64,000 bases of DNA from an uncultured Gemmatimonadaceae bacterium (GCA_963751275.1 CAVVTZ010000011.1:352001-416000); one strand, 5' to 3'. Positions 31,261 through 42,910 are shown, counted from the stretch's first letter. Notes: generated by a model not told the origin, from the sequence alone. Made by a program: numbers and translations.

Positions 31261-32685
31261 TCACACCGTGCGGCTGAACACCGGCTTCGCGGCGCCCGCG
31301 TGCTTCTCGCGCTGATATCGGTCGAAGCACATCGCCAGGTTGCGCACGAACAGCTGGCCGACCGCCGTCGCCTCGATGCGCGCCGGCGTGACCGTGACCA
31401 TCCCTTCCCGCTCGTGCGGCGCGAGCGCCGAGAGATCCGACGCGAAGTATCCGGCGAAGTCGATGCCGAACTCGCGCTCGATCGCGCCGGTGTCCACGCG
31501 GAAGTTGCACATTAGCTCGTGGATCACCTTGAGCCGCACCGCATCGTCCGCGCTGCGCGCGACGCCGCGCGCCACCGGCAGCTTCCCCGCCGCGATCATC
31601 TCCTCGTACGTCGACAGCTTCTTCTCGTTCTGCACGTACGCGCCGCGCACGTCGCCGATGGCGGAGATCCCGAGGCCGAGCACATCATCGCCGGGGATCA
31701 CGGTGTAGCCCTGGAAGTTCCGGCGGAGCCGTCCCTCGCCGAGCGCGCGCGACAGCTCATCATCCGGCCGCGCGAAATGGTCCATCCCGATCGCCGTGTA
31801 CCCCGCCTTGAGGAATTTCTCCCGCGCGATCGCGAAGAGCGCGATCTTGGTCTCCGCGTCGGGGAGCTGGTCCTCTTCGAGCTTCTTCTGATTGCCGCGC
31901 ACCCACGGCACGAACGCGAACGAATACACCGCCGTGCGGTCCGCGCCCAGCGAGATCACGGAATCGATGGTGCGCTCGAAGCTCTCCGGCGTCTGCAGCG
32001 GCAGTCCGTAGATGAGGTCGACGTTGATCCCGCGGAATCCACGGCGCCGCGCGTGCTCGATCAAGCCCGCCGTCTGCTCGAGGCTCTGCACCCGGTTCAC
32101 CGCCTCCTGCACCGCCGGCGTGAGGTCCTGCACGCCGAGCGAGATCCGATTGAAGCCGAGATCGGCGAGCGCGTCGAGATGCGCGTTGGTCGTCACGCGC
32201 GGATCCGCCTCGAGCGCGAGTTCGGCGCCGGGCATCGGCCGGAATTCCTTGAGCAGCGGCGTGAGCAGGTCGGTGAGCTGCGCCGGCGTGTAATACGTCG
32301 GCGTGCCGCCGCCGAGATGGAGCTGCGCGACGCGCCGGCGGTTCGGCAGCCGCTCGGCGAGCATCGCGATCTCGCGCTTCAGCAGTTCGAGGTACGGCGC
32401 CGCCATCTCCTTGTGCTTGGTCACGATGACGTGGCACCCGCAGAAGAGACAGCGCTCTTCGCAGAACGGGAGGTGCACGTACATCGACAGCGGCGCATCG
32501 CCCAGCCGGTCGGCCTCCGCGAGCCGCCGCTCATAGTCGTCCGCGGTGAACCCCTCGTGGAATTCGACGGCGGTCGGATAGCTCGTATAGCGTGGGCCCG
32601 GCTGGTCGTACCGCGCGAGCAGCTCGGCGGTGACGCTGCGGCTGACGGGCGCCGCGCCGGGAGCGCGACTCTTGGTGGCGCTCAT
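31261..32685 (-). CDS. hemN: Oxygen-independent coproporphyrinogen III dehydrogenase
   Basis: GPRYTSYPTA, HLPFCEERCLFCGC (radical SAM), GGGTPT, IGMDHFA, RNFQGYT, FSRTV. Confidence 0.96.
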   Translation of the reverse strand: MSATKSRAPGAAPVSRSVTAELLARYDQPGPRYTSYPTAVEFHEGFTADDYERRLAEADRLGDAPLSMYVHLPFCEERCLFCGCHVIVTKHKEMAAPYLELLKREIAMLAERLPNRRRVAQLHLGGGTPTYYTPAQLTDLLTPLLKEFRPMPGAELALEADPRVTTNAHLDALADLGFNRISLGVQDLTPAVQEAVNRVQSLEQTAGLIEHARRRGFRGINVDLIYGLPLQTPESFERTIDSVISLGADRTAVYSFAFVPWVRGNQKKLEEDQLPDAETKIALFAIAREKFLKAGYTAIGMDHFARPDDELSRALGEGRLRRNFQGYTVIPGDDVLGLGISAIGDVRGAYVQNEKKLSTYEEMIAAGKLPVARGVARSADDAVRLKVIHELMCNFRVDTGAIEREFGIDFAGYFASDLSALAPHEREGMVTVTPARIEATAVGQLFVRNLAMCFDRYQREKHAGAAKPVFSRTV

Positions 32686-33704
32686 GACGACTTCTCCCCG
32701 TGCACGACTTCGACGAGCGCGTGCACGCTGTCGATCGGTGTGTCAGGCATGATGCCGTGCCCGAGGTTGACGATGTGGCCGCGCGCCGGCACACGCGCGA
32801 GCAGCGCCCGCGCCGCGCGCCGCGTGGCGTCCGGACCGGCGAGCAGGATCGCGGGATCGAGATTTCCCTGCAGCGCTTTCGCGGCGCCGAGGGTCGTGCG
32901 CAGCGCCGCGAGGTCCTCGCGCCAGTCGACGGCGAGCGCCTCGGACTCCAGCGCGCCGTACAGCTCGACGAGATGCGGCGCGTCCTGCACGAAGAGGATC
33001 CGCGGCACGCCGAGCGATCTCGTCTCGGCGAGATAGCGCACCGAGGTGCGGGCGCACGAGCCGCGTCCAGTCGGCGCGCGAGAGCACGCCGGCCCAGGTG
33101 TCGAACAGCTGCACCGCCTGCGCGCCGGCGCCCACCTGGCGCTGCACGTAGCGAATGACGAGGCTCGGTGAGCTTGGTGAGCAGCGCGCAGAGCAGCCCC
33201 TCATCGCGCGCCGCGAGCGCGCGCAGCGCCGGGAAGCCGGGGCTGCCCCGCCCTTGCACCAGATACGCGGCCAGCGACCAGGGCGCGCCGGCGAAACCGA
33301 GCAGCGTCGCGCGGCCGTCTAGCGCGCGCTGCACGCGGCCCAGCGCGTCGATCACCTCGGGGGCGATCTCGTCATCGGCCGGCTCGCGCAGCGCGTCCAC
33401 ATCGGCCGCGGTGCGCACCGGCGCGGCGAGTACGGGGCCCGGATCGAAGCGCACCGGCGACGCCGAGCGCGGGGATGGGGCTCATGAGATCGGCGAAGAT
33501 GATCGCGCCGTCGAGCGGGAAGCGCGCGAGCGGCTGCAGCGTCACCTCGGCGGCGAGCTCCGCGCTCCCCGACAGTTCCTCGAAGCTGTGCTTCGCGCGC
33601 AGCGCGCGGTATTCGGGCAGATAGCGGCCCGCCTGCCGCATGACCCAGAGCGCGCGGCGCTCGGTCGCTTCGCCGCGCAGCGCTCGCAGCAGGATATCGT
33701 TCAT
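32682..33704 (-). CDS. hemE: Uroporphyrinogen decarboxylase (frameshifted)
   Basis: [49 protein letters not shown]. Confidence 0.93.
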
Positions 33705-34427
33705 GCGCCGTCTCCTTCGCCGTCGGCGCTGAAGCGGTAGCCGATGCCGCGCACCGTGTGGAAATGGCGCGGCTTCTCGGGATCCGGCTCGAAGCGCTTG
33801 CGCAGCCGCATGACGAAGTTGTCGATCGTGCGCGTGGACGGGAGCACGTCGTCGCCCCACACCTTCTCGAGCAGCTCGTCGCGCCAGACCACCGCGCCGC
33901 GCCGCTGCACCAATTCCTTGAGGATCATCGCTTCCTTCTGCGTGAGCAGCTGGTCGCGCCCGTCGAACGACCGGCCGCGAAAGTTGCGGAAATCGAATTC
34001 GTTGCCGCCGAAGCGCACCACCGGCTCGAGCGCGGTGATCGGCGTCGTAGCGCACGCGGCGCCGCAGGATGGCGGACACGCGCAGCAGCAGCTCGCGCAG
34101 TTGGAACGGCTTCGGCAGGTAGTCGTCGCCGCCCGCCTCGAGGCCGCGGATGCGGTCGTTCGGGCCGCCCTTCGCGGTGAGGAAGAGCACCGGGGTGTCG
34201 CGCCCCTCGCGGCGCATCGTCTCGCACACCGAGAAACCGTCCATGCCCGGGAGCATCACGTCGAGGACGATCAGATCGAACTCTTCCTGCCGGATCTTCG
34301 CGAGCGCGACGCGTCCGTCGCCGAGCACGTCCACGTGGTAGCCCTCGGCCTCGAGGTTCTCGCGGATGCCGCGCGCGAGATTGAGCTCGTCTTCCACGAG
34401 CAGGATGCGGGGCGTCGTGTCGGTCAT
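33701..34427 (-). CDS. OmpR/PhoB family response regulator (frameshift ~34045)
   Basis: [25 protein letters not shown]; winged helix [35 protein letters not shown]. Confidence 0.92.
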
Positions 34428-35534
34428 GATGCGACGGATCCCGGCCGCGGGCCAGATCACGGTGAACGTCGCGCCCTGTCCCGGGCCGTCGCTCGCCGCC
34501 GCGACGGTGCCGCGGTCGAGCTCGACGTGCCGGCGCACCAGGAACAGGCCGAGCCCGGTGCCACGCGTGCCGCCGCGCTCCTCGCGCTCGATCCGGTAGA
34601 ACTTCTCGAACAAGCGCGCGGCCTCGTCGGCGGAGAACCCGCTGCCCTCGTCCTGCACCTCGAGCACGACCGACCCATTCGTGCGCGGACCCGCGGATGC
34701 CGCACGGTGCGTCCGGGCGGCGATGCCTTGATCGCGTTGTGGAGGAGATTGCGGAGCACGATGATGCGTGCCGTCGCGCTCGCCCGCACGGTCAGGTCAC
34801 GCCGGCCACGCCGGCGTCGATCGTCACGCTCGCACTCGGCCGCGAAGCCGGCGAGCTCTTCGACGACGCTGCCGACCTCCTCGGCGAGCTCGATCGGTTC
34901 CGGCGTGCGGCGCGCCCGTCCGCGGCGAGGCGCGAGGCGTCGAGCACATTCGCGATCATCCCCTGCAGCCGGCCGAGCTCGACGAGCATGCGGCGCACGA
35001 GCTCGCCGCGCTGCGCCGGCGGCGGGTCGCGCATCGCGAGCGTCTCCACCGACAGCCGGAGGCTCGCGAGCGGACTCTTGAGCTCGTGCGACATGCCGGC
35101 GAGGAATTGCTCCTGGCCGCGCCGCAGCTCGGCCTCCTCACGGAGCGCGCGGTACGACGATCACCATCGCGCCGACGAGCACCACGAGGAAGAACGCGCC
35201 CTCCCACGCGTAGCGGTTGAGGCGGTGGAAGCGCTGGCGCTTCAGGTCATCGAGCACGATCGGCGACACGGCGATCATCGAGGAGTCGGCGCTGATCGTG
35301 AGCGCGGGGAACGCGGCGCTCAGTTCGCGCCAGCTGCGGCCCGAGCGCAGGAGCGCGCGCGCGACGACGCTGTCGCGGGTCGATACGTCGATTCCTGCGC
35401 CGCGAGCACGGCGCCCGTGTAGCGCACCTGGTCCACGAGCCACCAGCCGAGCTACGGTGGTGCAACGTGAGCAGGACGAGGAATCCACATCTGCAGGCGG
35501 CGGGTGCGGCGGAGCGTGGTCGGCGTGCGCTCAC
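34424..35534 (-). CDS. Sensor histidine kinase (multiple frameshifts)
   Basis: Transmembrane-short loop-transmembrane ([13 protein letters not shown]), [41 protein letters not shown]. Confidence 0.87.
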
Positions 35535-36840
35535 GCGAGCAGCGCCTCCGCGGGAGCGGCCAGCGCGGCCGCGAGCGCGTCGCGCAGTCGCGCGAGATGC
35601 GCGGGCGTGTGCGCGAGCGAGAGGAACCCCGCCTCGTACGCGGACGGCGCGAGCGCGATGCCGCGCGTCGAGCAGCGCGTGGAAGATCGGCGCATAGCGC
35701 GCCGCGGCGGCGCCGTCGATGCGCTCGGCCGCGCGCGGTGCGGCGCCCGCCTGCAGCGAGATCCAGAAGAGCGAGCCGGCGCGCACGAGCGCCGCCGGCT
35801 CCGGCGCGGCCGCGAGCACCGGCGCGAGCATGGCCTCGAGCGCGGCGCCGGTCGCCTCGAGTTGACGCCAGCCGTCCTCGCGCTCGAGCACGTTCAGCGT
35901 GGCGAGCCCCGCGGCCATCGCCGCCGCGTTCCCCGAGAGCGTGCCGGCCTGGTACACAGGACCCTCGGGCGCCAGCATGCGCATGATGTCGCGCCGACCG
36001 CCGAACGCGCCCACCGGCAGTCCGCCGCCGATCACCTTGCCGAAGGTCGCGAGGTCCGGCGTGATGCCGAGCAGCTCCGCGGCGCCGCCCTGCGCGAGGC
36101 GGAAGCCGCTGATCACCTCGTCGAAGATGAGCAGCGCGCCGGCCCGCTCCGTCTCGCGGCGGAGCGCCGCGAGAAATTCGGGCCGCTGCAGCAGCAGGCC
36201 GTTGTTCGCCGGCACCGGCTCGATGATCACCGCGGCGATCTCGTCGCCACGCGGGCGCAGCAGCGCGGTGAAGGCCGCTTCGTCGTCGAGCGGCAGCACG
36301 AGCGTCTCGCCGCGCGAACGCCGCGGGAACACCGGCCGACGACGGCGTGCCGAAGGTCACGAGCCCGGAGCCGGCCGCCACGAGCAGATGATCCGCGTGG
36401 CCGTGGTAGCAGCCGGAGAACTTCACGATCTTGTCGCGCCCCGTGTAACCGCGCGCCACGCGGATCGCGCTCATCGTCGCCTCGGTGCCCGACGAGACGA
36501 AGCGCACCTGATCGAGCCCCGGATACCAGCTCACGATGCGTTCGGCGAGCTCGATCTCCGTCTCGCCCGGCGCGCCGAAGCTCGTGCCCCGTCCGCCGGC
36601 CGCGATGATCGCGTCGCGGACCGCCGGATGCGCGTGGCCGAGAATGAGCGGCCCCCACGAGTTCACGAAGTCGACGTAGCGCTGGCCGTCCACATCCTCG
36701 AACTCCGCGCCGCTCGCGCTATGGAACACGAGCGGCGTGCCGCCCACCGCGCGATACGCGCGCACCGGCGAACTCACGCCGCCGGGCATCACGCGCTCGG
36801 CGCGCTCCATCCACGCTTTCGACGAGGCGCCGGCGCTCAC
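35531..36840 (-). CDS. hemL: Glutamate-1-semialdehyde 2,1-aminomutase (frameshifted)
   Basis: [63 protein letters not shown]. Confidence 0.95.
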
Positions 36841-37847
36841 AGCCAGCCTCCGGCGAGCGCTTCGCGCGCGTGGTACGTGATGACGATCTCCGCGCCCGCG
36901 CGCGCCATGGCGTGCAGGTTCTCGCGCACGACCGCTGCCTCGTCGAGCCAGCCGGCCCGCGCGGCGGCCTTCACCTGCGAGTATTCGCCGCTCACATTGT
37001 ACGCCGCGAGCGGCAGGTCGGTCGCTTCGCGCACGGCGCGGATGATGTCGAGATAGGCCAGCGCCGGCTTCACCATGAGCATGTCCGCGCCCTCGCGCGC
37101 ATCGAGCAGCGCCTCGCGCACCGCCTCCGCCGCATTGCGCGGATCCATCTGGTAGCTCCGGCGGTCGCCGTGCTGCGGCGCGCTGTCCGCGGCTTCGCGG
37201 AACGGGCCATAGTAGGCCGACGCGTATTTCACGGCGTACGAGAGGATCGCGGTGTTCACGAATCCGCGCTCGTCGAGCAGGTCGCGGATCGCACCGACGC
37301 GGCCGTCCATCATGTCGGATGGGGCCACGATGTCCGCCCCCGCTTCGGCGTGCGCCGCGGCCATCTCGGCGATCGGGCGAAGCGAAAGATCGTTGTCCAC
37401 TTCGCCGTCGCGCAGCACGCCGCAGTGGCCGTGGTCCGTGTACGCGCACAGGCACACGTCGGTGACGATAACGATGTCCGAACCGAGCGCGTCCTTCAGC
37501 GCGCGGATCGCCCGCGGCACCGTGCCGTCGGGATCGCGCGACGCCGCGCCGTCGGCATCCTTCTCGCCGGGCGCCGGCGTGCCGAAGAGCAGCACCGTCC
37601 GCACGCCGAGCTTCCGGTCCGCCTCCACCGCGCGCACGAGCGGCTCGATCCCCAGCCGCGCGATCCCCGGCATGGACGCGATCGGCTCCTGGCCGCGCGC
37701 CGATGGGAGCACGAAGTGCGGCATGATCAATTGATCCGCGCGCACGTGCGTCTCGGCGACGAGATCGCGGAGCGCGGGAGTGTGGCGGAGCCGGCGCGGG
37801 CGCGTGCGCCCGGGGCTGACGAGGGTCTCGGTCGTTTCGGTGATCAT
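36837..37847 (-). CDS. hemB: Porphobilinogen synthase
   Basis: [50 protein letters not shown]. Confidence 0.97.
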   Translation of the reverse strand: MITETTETLVSPGRTRPRRLRHTPALRDLVAETHVRADQLIMPHFVLPSARGQEPIASMPGIARLGIEPLVRAVEADRKLGVRTVLLFGTPAPGEKDADGAASRDPDGTVPRAIRALKDALGSDIVIVTDVCLCAYTDHGHCGVLRDGEVDNDLSLRPIAEMAAAHAEAGADIVAPSDMMDGRVGAIRDLLDERGFVNTAILSYAVKYASAYYGPFREAADSAPQHGDRRSYQMDPRNAAEAVREALLDAREGADMLMVKPALAYLDIIRAVREATDLPLAAYNVSGEYSQVKAAARAGWLDEAAVVRENLHAMARAGAEIVITYHAREALAGGWL

Positions 37848-38578
37848 GGGAGCGCCTCCAACATGCCATCGAGATCGGGCCGCCGCGCCTCGGCGGACAC
37901 CGGGAGTCCCACCGCCGCTGCGGCCGCCGACGTCGTGGGACCAATTGTGATGACGCGCGCGTCCGGCGGGAAGTGCGCGCGATTGACGAAGCCTTCGGCC
38001 GCCGACGGGCTGGCGAGCAGGATCGCGTCGATCCCTTCCGCGGCGAGATCGCGCTTGGGCCCATCGGCCGGCGCCGGGATCATCGCGTAGACGTTCACGC
38101 GCGTCACGGGGACGCCGGCCTCTTCGAGCGCGCGCTCGACGTCCGTCCGTCCGTACACGGCGCCCGCGACCACCACGCTCGCCTCGGTGGCCGCGCCGCC
38201 GAGCCGCTCGAGCAGCTCGTGCGCCAGACCCCGCGCATTGCTCTCCGTGGCGACCAAGTCCACGCGGCCCAGCGCCAGCGCGGCGGCGCGCGCGGTGACC
38301 GGGCCGACGACCGCGACGTGCAGCGCCCGCGGCAGGGTGCCGTCCACGATCGCGCCCACGGCCTCGGCCGCGCGCCGCGAGGCGAGCACCAGCCACGACG
38401 CGTTGGCGATCGCCGCGCGCAGCGCGCGGGCGGTGTCGGCGTCGTGCATCGTGGCGATCACCAGACACGGCATCACCACCGGGACCGCGCCGAGCTTCCG
38501 GAGCCGCGCGGCCCAGCGCTCGGCGTCCTCCGCCGCGCGCGTGACGAGGATCCGCCGCCCCGCGAGCGCGGGCGTCAT
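37844..38578 (-). CDS. hemD: Uroporphyrinogen-III synthase
   Basis: ILVTRA, VGPVTA, ASPSA, IGPTTS; position after hemC. Confidence 0.88.
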   Translation of the reverse strand: MTPALAGRRILVTRAAEDAERWAARLRKLGAVPVVMPCLVIATMHDADTARALRAAIANASWLVLASRRAAEAVGAIVDGTLPRALHVAVVGPVTARAAALALGRVDLVATESNARGLAHELLERLGGAATEASVVVAGAVYGRTDVERALEEAGVPVTRVNVYAMIPAPADGPKRDLAAEGIDAILLASPSAAEGFVNRAHFPPDARVITIGPTTSAAAAAVGLPVSAEARRPDLDGMLEALP

Positions 38579-39492
38579 GCGATCACGGCGGCGGACAATG
38601 CACCCCACGCCAATGCCGCCAGCGCCTCGGGATCATCCCCCATCACGTCGGCGCGCGCGACCGAGCCATCCTCGCCACCAAGCATGGTGTAAAGATGCAA
38701 CGTCGCACCGCCGGCGTCGCACCATGCGCCAAAGGGGAGCGCGCAGCCGGCCTCGGCGAGACCAAGCAGCGCACGCTCGGCGCGCAGCGCGCGCGACGTG
38801 CGCGGGTCGTCCAGCGCGGCCACCGCAGCGAGAACGCCGCCGGCATCGCGCCGCACCTGCACCGCGATGGCGCCCTGCGCCGGCGCCGGCACGAAGCGCC
38901 GCGGATCGAGACGCGTGCGCGCGATCTCCACCGGCACGAGCGCCGAGCCGCTCGCGCGATCCAGACGCTCGAGACCGGCTGCCGCGAGCAGGATCGCATC
39001 GAACTTGCCGTCCGTGAGCGCGCGAACGCGCGTAGGGACGTTGCCGCGCAACAGCGCGATCTCGAGGTCGGGGCGCGCCTCGGCCAGGAGTGCTTTGCGC
39101 CGCGCCGCCGACGTGCCCACCCGCGCACCCGCGCGGAGCGGGATCGCTCCGGCGGACGCGTTCGCCGCCTCGGGGCGCACGAGCAGCACGTCCGCGGCAT
39201 CGAGCCGTTCCGGCACCGCGGCCACCACCAGTCCGTCGGGGCTCTTCGACGGAAGGTCCTTGTACGAGTGCACGGCGACATCGGCGCGGCCGTCGAGCAG
39301 CGCCGCTTCGATCTCGCGCACGAACACACCGAAGCTGCCGACGTCGGTGAACGCGCGGTCGGTGACCTGGTCGCCGATCGTGGAGATCACGATCGTCTCA
39401 GTGGTGTGCCCCGCGGCCTCGAGGCGGCGCGCGACATCCGCCGACTGCGCGCGCGCGAGCGCGGAACCGCGCGTGGCGATGCGCAGTCTCAT
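38575..39492 (-). CDS. hemC: Hydroxymethylbilane synthase
   Basis: IATRGSALARAQ, AVHSYKDLP, GTSAARR, RGNVPTR, PAPAQGA, GCALP. Confidence 0.96.
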   Translation of the reverse strand: MRLRIATRGSALARAQSADVARRLEAAGHTTETIVISTIGDQVTDRAFTDVGSFGVFVREIEAALLDGRADVAVHSYKDLPSKSPDGLVVAAVPERLDAADVLLVRPEAANASAGAIPLRAGARVGTSAARRKALLAEARPDLEIALLRGNVPTRVRALTDGKFDAILLAAAGLERLDRASGSALVPVEIARTRLDPRRFVPAPAQGAIAVQVRRDAGGVLAAVAALDDPRTSRALRAERALLGLAEAGCALPFGAWCDAGGATLHLYTMLGGEDGSVARADVMGDDPEALAALAWGALSAAVIA

Positions 39493-40834
39493 GATTCCTC
39501 CAATTCCTGCTCGATGAGCATCGCCACGCCGGACTCTCCGGCCGCGTCGTGCAGCTGCTTCGCGAGCTCCGGCTCGGTGTGCGACAGGAAGGCTTCGACC
39601 GCGGCGGGCCCCGCCTGGAAGACCAGGTCGCGCAGCCCCACGGACGGCACGTGCGCGAAGCGCCGCGCGAGCGTCTCCGCCCAGCGGCGCACGGCATCGC
39701 GTTCGGGCTCGCCGAGCGCCGCCAACTCCTGCTTGAAGAGGCGCTCGACGCCCTCGATGGCGGTGTGACGGAAGCGCCGGTGCAGGTCGGCGATCATCGG
39801 TCCGATGAGCCGCTCCGCCATCTGGCGCCGGAGTTCGGTGAGCGACGTGTCCACGATCTCGCGCGCATCCGCGAACTCGCCGATCACGCGCTCGCGATCC
39901 TCGGCGGCGGAGAGGGAGATCTCATCCATGCCGACGCGCGGGACGTCGGCGGCGATCGCGTCCTCGGGGGTGACGTTGGGCGGGATCGCGAGATCGATGA
40001 TGAGCGGGCTCTGCGCCGACGGCGTGCGCGCCGCGATGCGCTCGAGGTCGGCGCGCGCGAACACGGGCTCCTTCGCGCCGGTGGCGACGATCACCACTTC
40101 CACGCCGTCGGGCGACTCGCGGAACGCAGTCGAGCGAGCGCGCCTCACCCTGCACCGCGCTCGCGAGCGACTGCGCGCGCTCGAGCGTGCGGTTCACGAT
40201 GACGACGCCGGTGCCGGCCGCCGCGAGCTCGCGCGCGCACTGCTCGGTCATCGGCGACACGCCTACGAGCGCGACGCGGCCCGGCGTGCGTGCCAGGCGC
40301 TCGCGGGCATACCGCACCGCGACCTGCGCGAGCGATACGCGGCCGATCCGTCCTTCCGTCACGGGCCGCACCTTCTTCGCCACCCGCAGCGCCTCGGTGA
40401 AGAGCGCATCGAGGTGCGGTCCGAGCAGCGCGAGCTGCCGGGACCCTTCCACCGCCTCGCGCACCTGGCCCACGATCTCGCTCTCTCCCACGCGCGCCGA
40501 CTCGAGGCCGGCGGCGACGAGGAAGAGATGCTCGGCCGCGCCTTCGCCCTGCCACGCGCGCAGCGTGTGCTCGGCCTCGCCGGCGCGCGGCTCGCGGCCC
40601 GTGAGTTCGGCGAAGATGCGCCGGCGCAGCACGGGGCAGCGGCGTATGGCCGTCGGAGGAGAACACCACCTCCACGCGATTGCACGTCGCGAGGTAGACC
40701 AGCTCCGGCACGCCGATCACCGCGGCGAGCCGCGGGACGCACTCGGCGCGCTCGCCCTTGGCGATCGTGAAGGACGCGATCGTATCCGCGGTCCCGTGTC
40801 TCCAGGAAATGCCGACGACGCCGATGCGGTGCAT
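39489..40834 (-). CDS. hemA: Glutamyl-tRNA reductase (frameshifts ~40130, ~40640)
   Basis: YLATCNRVE, HLFLVAAGLESARVGESEIVGQV, IVNRTLERA, IDLAIPPNV. Confidence 0.88.
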
Positions 40835-40886
40835 GTGCGCTCCCGGTTCCGAATGATCACGCCGCGTGGATCACGCGACACGGGGG

Positions 40887-40931
40887 ATGCTATCCATGCG
40901 CGCAAGGCGTGTGTCACAGGAATGTCATCGC
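40887..40931 (-). promoter_or_regulatory. hemA promoter with TGTCAC-N5-TGTCAT direct-repeat box
   Basis: TGTGTCACAGGAATGTCATCGC at 40910-40931; candidate -10 TAGCAT (minus strand) at 40887-40892. Confidence 0.6.
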
Positions 40932-40962
40932 CCGTCGGGGAATCCCGGGCGCACGGGCATGA

Positions 40963-41919
40963 TCAGCCTCGGGCCAGATTCGCGAGAGACGCGATGAACT
41001 CCGGGCGGTCCTCGACGGCGGCCACGCGAAGTAGGGATTCTCCCCCGGCCTCCGTAAAGGATTCCCTGCCACGAATCCCGATCTCTTCGATGGTCTCGAG
41101 GCCATCGGTGAGGAATCCGGGGGTGATCACGGCCACGCGGCGCACTCCGCGGCGCGGCAATTCCTCGAGCACCGTGGCCGTCGCGGGGGTGAGCCACGGC
41201 TCGGGACCGAATTTCGACTGGTACGCGTGCGTCGCACGATCCGCCGGCCACTCGAGCGCGGCGAGCAGCGCGCGCGTGGTCGCTTCACAGTCGGTGGTGT
41301 AGGTGCGGCGTTCGCGGCGATCGTAGCGCACGGGGATGCCGTGGTACGAGAGCACGAGATGGTCGGGTGGCGCGTCCGCACGCGCGAGTGTCTCGCGCCA
41401 GACGGCGGTCATCGCGCGCACGTATCCGCCTTCATCCGCGGGAATGACGCGCTCCACCACGCGCGATGCGATGCCCGCGCGCGCGGCGGCTTCCCGCGCG
41501 CGCTGGAACGCGGTGCCCGTCGTCGCGTCGGTCCGGTGCGGGAAGAGCGGGACCACGACGATGGGGCCGGTGGTCTCGCGCGCGAGCCGCGTCATTTCGC
41601 GGTCGAGCGACGGTTCACCATAGCGGTAGGCCGCGCTCACCGTGAAGCGGCCGTCCGCGATCGCGCGCACGGCCGCGACCATGTTCTCCGTTCCCACGCG
41701 CAGCGGCGAGCCACCCGCCTGCCAGATCGAGGCATACTGCTCGGCGACGCGCGCCGGCCGGCTGCGCAGGACCATCGTGCGCAGGATCGGCTGCCAGAGC
41801 CAGCGCGGCAGATCGACCACCGAGGGGTCGCTCAGGAACTCGTCGAGGAACTCGCGCACCGCCTCGGCCGTGGGCGCGGTGGGCGTGCCGAGGTTCACCA
41901 GCAATAGGTGTGGCGTCAT
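40963..41919 (-). CDS. hemH: Ferrochelatase
   Basis: LLVNLGTP, FLSDP, GSPL, YRYGEP, LSYHGIP, YQSKFGPEPWLTP, DGLETIEEI. Confidence 0.95.
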   Translation of the reverse strand: MTPHLLLVNLGTPTAPTAEAVREFLDEFLSDPSVVDLPRWLWQPILRTMVLRSRPARVAEQYASIWQAGGSPLRVGTENMVAAVRAIADGRFTVSAAYRYGEPSLDREMTRLARETTGPIVVVPLFPHRTDATTGTAFQRAREAAARAGIASRVVERVIPADEGGYVRAMTAVWRETLARADAPPDHLVLSYHGIPVRYDRRERRTYTTDCEATTRALLAALEWPADRATHAYQSKFGPEPWLTPATATVLEELPRRGVRRVAVITPGFLTDGLETIEEIGIRGRESFTEAGGESLLRVAAVEDRPEFIASLANLARG

Positions 41920-41925
41920 ACCGTG

Positions 41926-41972
41926 ACGATAAGGGGGACCGGCGGCACGCTGTGTCACAGTCCTGTCATCGC
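41926..41972 (-). promoter_or_regulatory. hemH promoter with the same direct-repeat box; probably leaderless transcript
   Basis: TGTGTCACAGTCCTGTCATCGC at 41951-41972; -10 TATCGT (minus strand) ends 6 nt before the hemH ATG. Confidence 0.6.
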
Positions 41973-42787
41973 GCCGCTCCCTCGAACTGCGCGGTGTACG
42001 CCCGCACCCGCTCGAGATAGTCGCGCGCCTCGGTGCTGTCCCCGCCGAGTTCGGCCAGATGGTCCGTCCACGCGGCTCCGTGCTTCTTCACGAGATCGTG
42101 CACGCGGATGTAGCCGCGGTTGTAGCACACCGTGACGAGATCGATGAGCTGCGACTCGGTGAGCGGCGCACCGCCGTTGATCCGCTTCCGGGCGAACGAG
42201 CCGTAGCCCCCGGGCCAGAAATCGGTGGACCATTTGTTCTCGAGCAGCCGGATCCAGAAGACCGCGGCGCGCGCGGCGTGATCAGGGGCGAAGAGATACT
42301 CGTTTCGCGACGTGACCGCACCGGCGCGCAGCAACGAATCGATGGCCGTGGCCGTGGGCGAACCCGCGTGCACGAGTGGCGACCGCGGCCACGCGGTGAC
42401 CTCGGGCGCCATCCAATGGAAGTGATACTCCGTGACCATGAGCCGGAGGTCGGCATCGGTGCGCGCCGTGAGTTGCGCGATCCCGAGCGCCGGCGCCGCC
42501 GAGACCGCGAGTGTGTCACCGGCGCTCTCCTTCACGAGGAGGGCGATGACGTAGCCGGGATCGATGCCGAGCCGCGGATCGCGCCCCCATCGCTCCACGA
42601 GCGGCGCGATGCGGCGCATGACGAACTCGTAGTTCCCCGCACTCGCGATGCGCAGGCTGCCGTTCGCATTGCGCACGGAGTCGCGCGGCACCGCCGCCAC
42701 GCGCGACGCCGAGTCGGCATGGAAGCGCAGTCCTTGCGCGGACAAGGACGTCGGAACCAGGAGGGATACGAGCAGCAGAACACGCAT
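41966..42787 (-). CDS. Secreted lytic transglycosylase (SLT)-like protein
   Basis: Signal peptide; ALLVKES, SAAPALGIAQL, CYNRG, EARDYLERV resemble SLT motifs. Confidence 0.65.
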   Translation of the reverse strand: MRVLLLVSLLVPTSLSAQGLRFHADSASRVAAVPRDSVRNANGSLRIASAGNYEFVMRRIAPLVERWGRDPRLGIDPGYVIALLVKESAGDTLAVSAAPALGIAQLTARTDADLRLMVTEYHFHWMAPEVTAWPRSPLVHAGSPTATAIDSLLRAGAVTSRNEYLFAPDHAARAAVFWIRLLENKWSTDFWPGGYGSFARKRINGGAPLTESQLIDLVTVCYNRGYIRVHDLVKKHGAAWTDHLAELGGDSTEARDYLERVRAYTAQFEGAAR

Positions 42788-42811
42788 CGTGCACTCAATC
42801 TATCAGTGTGG

Positions 42812-42901
42812 TCATCATGCAAATCATGTGCATCCTGTCAAAAGGCCGTTGCAGGTCTGGCCCAAGAACTGCTTTGACAGGATGAGCATGATCAACAAGA
42901 T
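42812..42901. repeat. Imperfect inverted repeat (CATCCTGTCAAA...TTTGACAGGATG)
   Basis: atcatgtgcatcctgtcaaa pairs with tttgacaggatgagcatgat. Confidence 0.7.
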
Positions 42902-42910
42902 GGGTACAAT

